64,000 nt of DNA, from positions 70,372,001 through 70,436,000 of the forward strand of contig NC_086097.1 in NCBI RefSeq assembly GCF_963921235.1, given 5' to 3'. The notes below the pieces were generated by a model that was given only the letters and a program-made list of their open reading frames with translations, ran no database searches and was not told the DNA's origin. Shown here in pieces: positions 36,855-48,782 of the stretch. The DNA is from Mobula hypostoma. Its lineage: Eukaryota. The position numbers and the translations under genes are program-made. Position 1 is the first letter of the stretch. Every line of letters begins with the position of its first letter.

Positions 36855-37505
36855 ACAAACAAGAGAAGACCTGCAGATGCTGGAAATCAGTGTAACACAC
36901 ATAAAGTGCTGGAGGGATGAAGCAAAGAGCTGGGAAGTTGATTGGTGACTTCTCCAGCCCTTTAAGGGGGAACCTGAAAGGAGAGGATGGAGGACCATGG
37001 AAGGGTGGTGGGAGGAGCACCAGAGGGAAGTGATGGGCAGGTGATGAGATGAGGTAAGAGAGGAATCTGGGGATGGGGAATGGTGAAGGGCGGGGCAATT
37101 ACCAGAAGTTCAAGAAATCAATGTTCATGCCATCAGGTTGGAAGCTACCCAGAGGGAACATAAGGTGTTGCTCCTCCAACCTGAGTGTGGTCATATTGTG
37201 GCAGTAGAGGAAGTCATGATTGGCACTAAGATTGGAGGAGCAACACTTTATATTCCATCTGGATAGCCTTCAACCTTTTACCTCTGTCACCAATTGACTT
37301 CCCAGCTCTTTGCTTCACCCCTTCCCCTCTCCCAACTTCACCTATCACCTACTACCTTGTACTTGTTTCTCCCTTCCCCTCACCTGCTTACTTTACTTCT
37401 TGTCTTTTTTCTCCAGTCCTGCTGAAAGGTCTCGGCCAAAAGTGTCAACTGTTTACTCTTTTCCATAGATGACCTGCTGAGTTCCTCCAGCATTTTGTTT
37501 GCATT
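36855..37505. mobile_element. Fold-back Penelope-like fragment (two 3' ends facing outward)
   Basis: Minus arm 36855-37215 and plus arm 37225-37505 both carry GGAGGAGCAACAC(C/T)TTAT (EEQHL region) and the common terminus. Confidence 0.8.
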
Positions 37506-38121
37506 ACATTAATTTGGTGTATACAGCTGATTCCGTTAATAGATTGTGACTGAATTGTGATCAGACCTGTGACATTTTTGGAAACTTACAGCCTTTCATA
37601 AGAACCAAATTGTAATCAGTTCTCAGAAACTACTTTCAGTAACACATCTTTGTCTCCTACTTGGACCACTGCTTTGTGTTTATTATTTTTGGAATAGCTT
37701 GAGGTTAATCAACTGCTTTAACCTGGAGAAATTACTGCCAGCAAAACTAGACACATTCTTCTTTCTGCTCTATTCGTAGATGAAGAGCATATTTGCTGAT
37801 TATCAAACCCGTTCTCTTCAATAATATCCTACAATTCTGACTTTTGGTCTGTTTCATGTAGTCTCCTTAGTGCTTCAGTGAAAGAAAATTGGTTTTGGAA
37901 AGTGACAAAAATGTACTTGATAATCATCAATATAACACATCCATGTGATAGATGTACTAGCCACAGCAGAACATTGAGCATGAAAACTATATTAGGTGTG
38001 TGGTGATTTAATAATATGCAAACTTCTATCCTAATGCTAATTGCCCTATTTTTAAATTGGTCTCTTTGGCCCAATACCAGCACGATTCGTTCAGCAACAT
38101 ATGCAAAGATCAACTATTTAT

Positions 38122-38296
38122 TAACACATACAAAATGCTGGAGGAACTCAGCAACTCAGGCAGCATCTATGGAAGGAAATGAACAGTTGATGTTTCAGCT
38201 TAAGACCATTCATGACTTGCTGACTTGCTGAGTTCCTCCAGCATTTTGTGTGTGCATTATTCAAGATGTCCAGCATCTGCAGAATCCCTTGTGCTT
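38122..38296. mobile_element. Short fold-back Penelope-derived element
   Basis: CAAAATGCTGGAGGAACTCAGCAA ... TTGCTGAGTTCCTCCAGCATTTTG inverted repeat. Confidence 0.8.
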
Positions 38297-38667
38297 AACC
38301 AGTGATTAGATTAATCTGATAGATCTTGGAAAGAATAGAATGTATGATAGTCTCTCATACCTGTACTTACATGCATGCAGATAATCTGAATTTGATCACA
38401 TCTCTACTAGTTTAGTTTTATGAAAATGGAATTGGAGTTTCGTCTAATTTCGACGACAATAGGTGTGTAGCTTTTAGCAAAAAATACGTAAAGAAAAGTG
38501 TTGAGTAAGATGGTACTGATATTGTCTTAGTTACAATGCACCTTTGACTATGCTATCAAAGTAATCTATAAGGGCATGACTTAGCATCACAATTCATATC
38601 TAATATTGATCATTGTTTCTTGACTCACGGAAAATATATTTGATAGAATTTAACATTTAATGTGGTA

Positions 38668-39880
38668 TATTCAAGATTCAAGATTGTTTAATGGCATTTC
38701 TTTGTAAAGGAGAACAAAATTATTGTTACTTTGGATCCAATACAGCACAAAAAAAATCACAATAAGATAATAATAATCAAAAGCACAATAAATATAAATA
38801 CATAAAATAGCTTTTATATATATAAAATATATGATTGTATGTCCATAAAGTAATGCTAGGCACAGGACTGTTAGTATATAAAGTGACTGAGAGGGAAATA
38901 TAGAATAGTGGTTGTTGGGGGTGGGGTGGGGATGTGGAGAGGCAGATTAGTTTGTGGAGGTGTTGATCAGCCTCACTGCTTGGGGAAAGTAACAGTTTCT
39001 GAGACTAGTGGTCCTGCTGTGGAGGCTTTGGAGTCTCCTCGCTGATGGGAGTGGGTCTAACAGTCCATGAGCTGGTAGAGTGGGATCCTTCATGATGTGA
39101 CTGTCAAAGTAACTGTCATCACCATTAATAAAATAAAATAACTAAAATAACTGGGCCCAGAACGCACACTCTCTTACGACTCAAACTTTCTTTTTATTTT
39201 ACTTGCGCACAAGGAGAACAGCTTGGGCTGCTGTCGCCCACACTGTTCTGAAGTCTGAACAAAAAATATTATTTTTATACAGAAGAGTCCTGTCAGTTAT
39301 GGATATTGATCATTATAAATTGGATAGGTTTGAATTGCTTACTTGCAAGATCAATTGCCATTCACAATAGAGGCTTTAAAGTCAATCAAAACTTCAAGCA
39401 GAGAGCCGATGATATTTTGAAGTAAGGGCAATAGAGGTGTTAAACGTCAATGAAAACTTTGAGCAGACAAGTAATGATATCTTGAAGTTCATAAAGACAA
39501 TAGAGCCTCGGTTGTTAGTTGGGTTTCACATCCTTCTGTTATCTTGTCTCTCTTCAGTGGCGTGCTACTGTGTAAAAGGATGCCATGTTTTAGGAAGAGC
39601 TTTCTGGAAAGATCTCATTACAGTAGCTTCACTCGTTTGCCTTGCAGGGATACAGCATGTAAAATGACCTGAGTATAGATGTACATAGTCCAGCTCTCTT
39701 CAGCCTCCTAAGAAAGTAGAGACATTGGCGAGCTTTCCTGATTGTGTAGGTTGTGTTCTGGGACCATGAGAGGTTGTGCGAGATGTGCACTCCCAGGAGT
39801 TTGAAACTGCTTGCTATTTTGACTGCTGTGCTGCCAATGTAAAGAGGGGTGTGAGGGTGGTGCGAGTTCTCCTGAAGTCC
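38668..39880 (-). mobile_element. Rex1/Babar 3' fragments (~38668-39100 and ~39630-39880) separated by an insertion
   Basis: ATTCAAGATTCAAGATT tail; ORF 39629-39910 SFKLLGVHISHNLSWS.NT....RKARQ.LYFLRRLK. Confidence 0.8.
39102..39622 (-). mobile_element. Possible solo LTR
   Basis: TG...CA ends; on the minus strand TATAAAA (~39275) precedes AATAAA (~39197); short internal repeats CAATAGAG; no convincing TSD. Confidence 0.45.
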
Positions 39881-41715
39881 AGATGAAAGGTCTTGACTCA
39901 AATTGCCCACTGACTATTTTCCTAATTCGTTGGGTTTCTTTTTGTGTGCTGTAACAAAATTGAGCTCAGGGGCCTCGAACTGGAATCTACATTCAGCATG
40001 TAGGAAGTGGATGCCCATTACTAATCTGTGGATTATTCAATCAGTGAAGAACACCATTAAAACAAAAGTGCCGCACGAGAGCACAACACTCCTTGCAACC
40101 ACACCTTTCCACCCAAATGAAGTTGCACATTCACATATGCTCAGCTGAAGAAGTACCTTCAAACAGCTCTATTTAAATGAGTCATTAGATAGGCAACTGT
40201 TGGGGGAGAAGGGGTAAGCTGACAGGTAAGGAGATTTAGAATTAAAAGCAGAAGATGGGAAAATGGCATAGCAACAATCAGTAATGTTTGAATGGCAGAG
40301 CAGACTCAATTGGTTGAATGGGCTAATTCTGCTCCTATACCTTATACTCTTATGGTCATCCACTATTACTACATCAGGTAGTAATAGTGATGTGTCTATG
40401 CTGTCTAGAGTTGGTTCAAGTTATAGAGGGCTACAAAGAGGAGGTGTTGAAATCTGGGTCCCAGGTATGAAGCAATAATACCTGTGGAATGAAGAAACTG
40501 AAATGGGAGAAGACATTTAGCCCTTAGTGCCCACGTCACCATTCAACAAGATAAAGGCTGATCTCTTACATCAGCCTTAATCCCATGTTCCTTAATTGCA
40601 TTAGTTTCAAAAAGTCTATCCAAAGCTATTGAATAGTGGGCACGCAGAGCAGGATAAGCTACAGTAAGAGGGAGGAGGAGGCTGTATCCTTCCATTGTAT
40701 TGAGGAACATGCTTTATGTGATGGTGCTTCCGAATCCAGAATCAGAATCGGGTTTAATATCACAGGCATAAGTCAGGAAACTTATTTTCTGGTAGTAGTA
40801 CAGTACAACACATAATTAAAAAGTATAATTTACAATATGAAAAAATATATAATAAATTAATTAAGTTGGGCAAAAGGGAGCATAAAAATAGTGAGGTGGT
40901 GTAGATGCTGGTTCATTTTCTGTTCAGAAATCTTATGGTGGAGGGGATGAAGCTATTATTAAAAGGTTGAGTGTTTGTCTTTAGGCTCCTCTATCTCCTC
41001 ATGTGACATATATTTGCTGTCCAGGGCTGGGAGGCCTTTTTCTCAAGCTCAGCTTTCTAACACAGTCACCAATGCTTCCAGGGATCAAGGAGTTCATTTT
41101 GAGTAAGTTGGACTCCCAAACAATATTCCTTGCTCAGCTTTTTGTTGTAGACAAGAACCAGTCTTCAGTTCTTAATGAACATTGCAAGCAATGATCAGTT
41201 TGAAGTTAAAAGAGCAGCTTTGCAAACAAACAGCACTATCTGCTGGCCCACAGCATGGGGCTGTCTGCTCAAACGATGCAGTGTAAAACAATGAGTTGTG
41301 TAATTGGGTTTATGTTAAATCAGATTACACTGGCTAATTTAGCTTGCAGACCAGTATGATAAGATCACTCAGCACATCAATTAGCTGACTTATGAACAGG
41401 TGGAAGATTTGTATACTCAGAGAGTCGGCCCTCACAACATTAATTTTGGGTGTCTAGGATCTCTGTTCCCAGAAACTTTTGGATTGTATTGTGAATTTCC
41501 CAAAAAAGGTATCTGAAAGAATATCACTTGTGTGTGAAGTCACCAAGGAATGAAAAAAAACTCAGTATAAATATAAGAGAGCAGTCACTCTTGTTAAGCA
41601 AGGTCAAGGAACGACAAGAAGAATAACAAAAAGACAGGGTCCACTCCTCTGCTTTTGATTTTTGTAATGGTCGACTTATTCATCTGTAACTCATTGGTAT
41701 GTCTTTAGCTTACAG

Positions 41716-42017
41716 TGTTACGACACACGCCAGACTGTGCCGCCTCTGGGCTTAGATGCTCTAACTCTCCGGAGTATGGATAGCTGGCGTAGTCCCTTTA
41801 AAAAATTCAGGACCATTCTGCTAATTGGTAATCATGTTTTGGGTGCCAAGAATTGAGTATTTAAGGAGCAGCTGAACTGAGGTTTGATGCTCAATCACAA
41901 GCCTAACTAGTGATTTTGTTTTGTGCTCAGTTCTCGATCCTGTTTGAGACCGTGTCTCGATCGTTGCTTCAGATATTCCAGTATTTGTTCCAAGCCAAGT
42001 CAAGGACTCTCGTCACA
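41716..42017 (+). repeat. 5' LTR
   Basis: TGTTA...TCACA, TATTTAA at 41858; direct repeat of 46318-46627. Confidence 0.93.
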
Positions 42018-42033
42018 GTACGACTGAGCCAAC

Positions 42034-45000
42034 ATGGACCCAATGGGGTAATGGAGCCTTTCATCAGCTTTGGCCAGCCACAGCGAGAAAATTTCAAGGT
42101 AGAGCCTGGAGATACATGACCTTCAGGTTACTGTGTGCTAACTATTGCAGGAGAGAAGCCAAAGTCACTTGGGTGAGGCTGTCGGTTGCTCTGCAGATCC
42201 AGTCCATCTTCCAACCCTGGAAAGATTTGGTGATGACCCAGGTTCTTGCTGGGGCTTCCTCATTCAGTACTCATCAGTGTTTGAACTCCAGCCGTCCTGG
42301 TTCCCTTCGGAGTGTGGAAAGGTGGCCTTCATTGTCCCTCTTCTGACTGGAAAAGCCTTGGCCTGGGCCACCACGCGTTGGGAACACAGGTCTCGATCCT
42401 TGCCTCGGAGACTCCAGCATTTGGTCCAAACCATTCTCGTCAAGGAGTCTCGCCACATCTGCAAACTGGCCGCACAAGAATCTCCGTCGATGAGAGGTTC
42501 CAGCGTTGGAGTCAAGGTTGCTGCCATTATTGCGGGGAAGCAGGTCACCTGTGGGCTGCAGCTGTCAGGAGAACTATTCAGACCCTCCGGTCTCAGGAGC
42601 CACCAACCCCAACCTCACAGATTTTGCTGTCACAGTGAGGGTGGGATCTCCTGGGGTGTGAACTGACGAGAGGTGAACGCTTTTTTGGACTCTGCAACAG
42701 TGGGAAATATACTGGACTTGGGGACTGCCCGTCAGCTCAATATACCACGGCAGGTTTTGAGTCAGCCCATGCCCAACCCTCTTGGTCAGCCATCCGCTTG
42801 GTTCCGGGCACATCCGGCAGCAGACATTGGTCTTGTGGATGAAGATAGAGGATCATGCGGAAGACATCCGTTTCTATATCATTGAGTGTCTTCACATACC
42901 CCTGATCCTTGGTCACACTTAGCTGTCCCAGCATAACCCTTCCGTGAACTGGAAGGAAGGGAAGATTATTGCATAGTCCAATCACTGCAAGAAGGTATGT
43001 TTTTGGCTTGGTGTTCTGATCCCCAGACTCTTCCGAGACCAGCAGCCAATGAGGCAGCAGACTTCTGCTCAGAGTAACCTGCAGCCTTCAGGAGTCCCAG
43101 TCCTACCTTCAAGGCAAGCTGATTCCAACCAATAGGCCCATGCGAATCCCAACCTAGTCCAGTCCAGGAGCAAGCCAAGGAGGTGCCCAAGCAATCTGGA
43201 ACTCCAGCAGCTAACCCAAAGGGCTCCAGTTGCCAGGTCCTAAAGGGAAGGCTCCAAAACGGAGACTCTTGGAGCTTAGTCCCTGGAGAATAAGGATAAT
43301 TTGTCTCATCTCACTGCTGATGTCTGAGGAGACAGATGAGGATTTGGACTGTGATTTGGCCTCTGTTTTTTTACTAACAACTGTTGTGAACCTATGGGGG
43401 AGACTCTGAGGTCTGTTGAATCACCCTCGCTACTGACGGAGTCTCAGGAATCAACCTCGGAGGAAGGTTCGGGAATAATTACAGCATCCAAGCCAGTAGA
43501 ATTCCCATTCATCTGCAAGCATTTGGAAGCAGTCTTCAATAAGGGAAAGACCTCAACTCTTCCAACACTCTGACCATATAACTGTGCTATAGACCTTCAG
43601 CCTGGTGCACTGTGGGGCTGATTATAACTATTCTCAGGCCCAGAGTGAAGTACTTGGAGGAGTATATAAAGGAGGCTCTTGCGCTGGGATTCATTCGGGC
43701 CTCCAACTCTCCAGCCAGTGCTGGCTCCTTCTTCATACAGAAGAAGGATGGGAGTCTGTGGCCATGCATTGTTTATGGAGGGCTGAATCGCATAACAGTC
43801 ACTAATTGTTACCCTCTTCCACTCCTGAACACTGCCTTCAAGATTCTTCAAGGGGCAAGAGTATTCTCAAAGCTAGACTTGAGGGGTGCATACAACCTGG
43901 TTCACATAAAGGAGGGTGATGAGTGGAAGACAGCATTCAACACACTAACAGGGCACTTTGGGTACCTAGTCTTGCCCTTTGGCTTTGTGAATGTACCAGC
44001 AGTTTTCCAGGCCTTTATAAACGACGTGCTCCAGGATACTCTCCATAAGTACACCTTCATCTACTTGGACGACATCCTAATCTCCTCAAAGTTCACAGAG
44101 AAGCATGTCATTCATGTCAGAGTTATCCTAAAGAGGCTTCTTGATCATGGACTTTACATCAAGCTAAAGAAGTCTGAATTTCATGTAACCACCATTTCAT
44201 TTTTGGGCTTCATCATCTCAAATGGCAACCTCAAGATGGACCATAGATTGGCAAAAACCATCCAGCGTGAAACAAATTCAATGATTCCTGGGATTTGCAA
44301 GCTTTTACTGGAAATTCATCAGAAGCTTCATCTCAATGGCAGCTCTACTGACAGCACTAACCAAGATATCCATGGGCCCTTTTGTTTGGACTACAGAGAT
44401 AGCAGCAACTTTAGCAGAGCTCAAACAGCAGCTCATGATAGCTCCTATTTTGGTTGCACCTAACCCAGACCTTTGTCGTGGAAGTGGACGCCTCAGATGT
44501 TGGAATAGATGCACTAGTGTCTCAATGGACACCTTCAGACAATAAACTGCACCCGTGTGTGTTCTTTTCCAGGAGGCTATCCCTGGCAGAGGTGAAGTAT
44601 AACATTGGGAATCAGGAACTTCTTGCAGTTAAGTTAGCTTTGGAGGAATGGCATCACTGGCTGGAAGGGCCCAGAACACTTTTATTGTGTGGATGGATCA
44701 CAAGAACCTGCCTTTTATCCAGGAGGCTAAGAGGCTGAATTCCAGGCAGGCCAGGTAAACGTTGTTCTTTAACTGCTTTAATTTCATCCTGACCTATCGA
44801 CTGGGGTCAAAAAACCAAAGCCAGATGCCTTGTTCCATCAGTCTGACGAACTGGAACAAGAAGAGCAATCTACTACCATTTTGCCCCAAGCCAAGGTGGT
44901 AGCGCCAATTCTTTGGGAAATCGACGCCATTGTTTACAGGACCCAAGCAGAAGGGGGGAATTCCTCAGACCAGCCTTCTGGGTCAGCTGTTCATCCCAAG

Positions 45001-46320
45001 TTCTCTTCAGTCTCAGGTACTGCAATGGGGACATTCCTTGAGAATGACTGCTCACCTAGGAATTGTCAGGATGCTTCAGCTTATCGTGAAGCGGTATTGG
45101 TGTCCTGGAATGATGAAGGAAGTTCGGCAGTACGTGCAGGCGTGCGAGGTGTGCGCCTGGAACAAGGAGCTCTGTACCTGACCTCAAGGACTTTTCCACC
45201 CCCTATCTGTTCCAGACAGACTATGGGCTCACATCTCCATGGACTTTGTCACAGCCTTCCTCCTTCCAAGGGGAAGACTTATCAGGGTAATTGTGGATCA
45301 TTTTTTGAAGGCCTGAGAGTACATTGCCTTGAGCAGACTTCTACCTGCAGTGGAGATGGTAGGTATTGTCCGAAATTGTCCTGCACCAGGTCTTCAGGAT
45401 CCACAGTTTTCCAGCGGATATTGTGTTGGATTGTGATCCACAATTCGCATCACATTTCTGGAGGACACTTTACAAACTGATTGGGGCAACAGCGAGTCTT
45501 TCCTCTGGTTTTCACCCACAGTCCAACGGCCAGACAGAGCCGGTAAACCAAGATATGGAATGTACCCGAAGATGCCTAGCCTTTGAAAGACTTAACAAGT
45601 GGAGTTACCATTTGATGTGGTCAGAGGTCACCCATGACACTTTACAACATTTGGCACACAGGATATCTCCTTTCAAGTTCCAATTTGGGAATTCTCTGCC
45701 ACCTTTTCCTGAGTAAGAAGCCAAGGTTGGGTTCCTGCGACTGAAGATTTTGTCCAACACTGCAAGGAGAGATAGAATAAGGCAAAGGAGACTTCGTTAG
45801 CTTCTACCCAGAAGTCTAAGTAAAGACTAACCACAAGAGAAGACAGGGACCAGTTTTGCAACCTGGGCAACAGGTCTGGCTCTCAACTTAGGATTTGCCT
45901 CACCAAGTGGAATCCAGGAATTTGGCCCCCAAGTTCTTCAGACCCTTCATGATACTCAGGAAAGTAAGTCTGTTGGCCTACATCTTTCAGTTCCCCAAGA
46001 TCCTCAAGATCAATCCCACTTTCCACATTTCCAGATTAAATTCCTGTGAACACCAGCCTTTTAGCCACACCACCATCAGTCCTGCCGTCATCCAGGTTTG
46101 TTGATGGGGAGCAGGTCTTCACTGTGACAAGAATTTTGGATTCTCAAATTGTTCAGGATGTTCAGCAGTTCCTCATGGACTGGAAAGGACTCAGACCAGG
46201 GGAGGTGTGCTGGGTTCCTGAAAGGGATGTCTTGGATCCACCCCTCATCCATGACTACAACCATCATATCTCCGAGCAGCCAGGGCCGTCAGGAGTCGAT
46301 CATAGGGGAGGAATTCCTGT
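42034..46320 (+). pseudogene. gag-pol pseudogene of the chromovirus
   Basis: Gag F.LQP..F..E..KVAFI..LLTGKALAWA; knuckle CHYCGEAGH; protease AFLDS; RT FSKLDLRGAYNL, IYLDDIL; RNase [26 protein letters not shown]; integrase SSGFHPQSNGQTE; chromodomain FTV.RILDS.....QFL.DWKG....E..W.P; many stops and frameshifts. Confidence 0.93.
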
Positions 46321-46627
46321 TAGGACACGTACTCAACCGCTCCAGCTTTCTGGGGTTAGACAATCTAACTCCCTGGAGTATGGATAGCTGGCACAGCTCT
46401 TTTAAAGATTCAGGACTGTCCTGCTAATTGGCAATCATTTTTGGGTGCCAAGATTTGAGTATTTATTGAACTGAGGTCCAATGCGCAATCATAAGCCTTA
46501 CTGGTGATTTTGTCTGTCATATGTTTTGTGCTCAGTTCTCGATCCAGTTTGACATCATATCTTGATCCTTGCTTCAGATATTCCTGCATTTGGGTCCAAG
46601 CCATCCTCGCCAAGGACTCTCACCACA
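46318..46627 (+). repeat. 3' LTR
   Basis: TGTTA...CCACA directly after the polypurine tract, followed by the TSD TACAG. Confidence 0.93.
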
Positions 46628-48782
46628 TACAGGAATTATACCTGTGTTTTGTAAATCTTTTGTGTCTTAGAAATAACTTGTAATTTGGAAATCTTTTAAG
46701 ATAGAAATCCTCTGTGAATTTTAAATGTATTTTAAGAATTTTTACCTACATTTAAACGAGTATCACTAAAAATAAATGAACTATGTTCAAACTACTATAT
46801 TAGCTGGAAGTATCTCCCCTTGGTGGGAGCGGGAGAATCCTCTGCTCAAGTAGTATTGGCCACTAAACTCACCGTGGAGGATAAGCCAGCCATTGAAAAG
46901 TAAGTGGCTACAGTATAACCTCACTTTAGTGAGGGTACCTATATCTATATCAGAGAGGGCTTAAGCTCTTCATTTGAGTTCACACCTTCAGGACAGCAAG
47001 CCCATTATCATCACATTACATGATGGTAGCAATAAAATGGGTGCTGAGGGTCCTTAATGATGGATGCCGCCTTTTTGAGGCATCACCTTTTGAAATTGTC
47101 TTTGATGCTCAGAAGGCTCGTGCCCATAGTGGATCTGTGTGAGTTTTCAACTTTTTGCATTTTTTTCCAGTTCTGTGCAGTGGCCTCTCCATACCAGACA
47201 GTGATGCAACCAGCTAGAATGCTCTCCATGGTACATCTATAGAAATAACAAATTTTCTCAAAGCCCAATGAAATATAGCACTGTTGCCCCTTATTTGTAA
47301 TTGACTCAATATGTTGGTCCCAAGAGATGTTGAGAGATCTTCAGAGATGTTGACACCCAGGAACATGAAACTGCTCACCTCTTCCACTGCTGATCCCTCG
47401 ATGAGGACTGGTGTGGGTTCCTTGAACAACTTCTTCCTGAAATCTACAATCATTTCCTTGATCTTACTGATGTTGAGTGCAAGGGTGTTGTTGCAACACC
47501 ACTCAACCAGCTGATCTATCTCACTCCTGTACGCCTCCCCATCACCATCTGAAATTCTGCCAACGATAGTCGTGTCATCGGCAAATTTGTAGATGGAATT
47601 TGAGCTGTGCCTTGCCACACAATCATGGGTGTAGAGACAATAGATCAGCGGGATCTTTGAGATGAGTCAGTGTTGATTATCAGCAAGGAGGAAATGTTAT
47701 TTCTGACCTACGTTGATTGTGGTCTCCCAATGTGGAAGTCAAGGATCCAATTGCAGAGGGAGATACAGAGGCCCAGGTTATGGAACTTGCTGATTAGCGC
47801 TAAAGGTATGATGGTGTTGAACATTGACCTGTAATTCACAAACAGCAGTGTGATGAAGGTATTGCTATTGTCCAGGTGATATAAGGCTGAGTGAGAGTCC
47901 GTGAGTTTGCATCCGCTGTGGCGCTGTTGTGGTGATAGACAAATAGCAACAGGCCCAGGTCCTTGCCTAGACAGCGTTTGATTCTGGTCAAGACCAACCA
48001 CTAAAGGCACTTCATTACAGTAGAGTTGAGTGCAACTGGCCGATAGTCCTTGCGGCAGCTCACCATGCTCTTCTTGGACACTGGTATGATCCTTTTTAGA
48101 GCTGGTGGGAAACTCTGACTTTGGCAGTGAAAGATTGAAGATGTTCTTGAAAACTCTTGCCAGTTGGTTGGTACAGATTTTCAGTGCCCTCTCAGGTACG
48201 CCATCAGGGAATTCACCCTGTTGAAAGATGTTCTGATGTCAGGCTCCGAGACAGATATCACAGGGTGACCAGATGCTGCAGGGATTCACACAGGTATGGC
48301 TTCATTCTCCCTTTCAAAACATGCATAGCCATTCATGATGTTAGGTTTTTCTTTATAGGAGGTAATAGCCTACAAACTCTGCCAGAGATGACATGCATCC
48401 AATTCCATCTCTAACTTCAATCAGAAGTGTTTTTTTTGCCTTAAAGTAGCCTTCCGTAAGTCATACCTGGACTTCCTGAATAGTTCTGGATCACCAGTCT
48501 TAAATGCCACAAATCCAGCCACCAGCATACTGAGAATCTCCTGGTTCATTCATGGCTTTTGGTTTGTATATGACTGGCATATTCTCGAAGGTTCACGCTC
48601 ATCCATACAGGTCTTGATCAAGTCTGTGTCAATTGGGGTATTTTCATTCAGATTTGAAGATGAGTTCCTGAATATTGTCCAGTCCACTGATTCAAAGCAG
48701 TCCTGTAAGGGCTCGTCTGTCTTCCTTGACCATATCTTCATGGTCCTCACCACTGGTGCTGCAGTCTTCAGTCTCTGCCTGA

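Larger units (their letters stand above)
41716..46627 (+). mobile_element. Full-length decayed Ty3/Gypsy chromovirus (Tf1/sushi group)
   Basis: LTRs 41716-42017 and 46318-46627; TSD TACAG at 41711-41715 and 46628-46632; gag, protease, RT, RNase H, integrase and chromodomain in Gypsy order; PPT AGGGGAGGAA. Confidence 0.96.
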
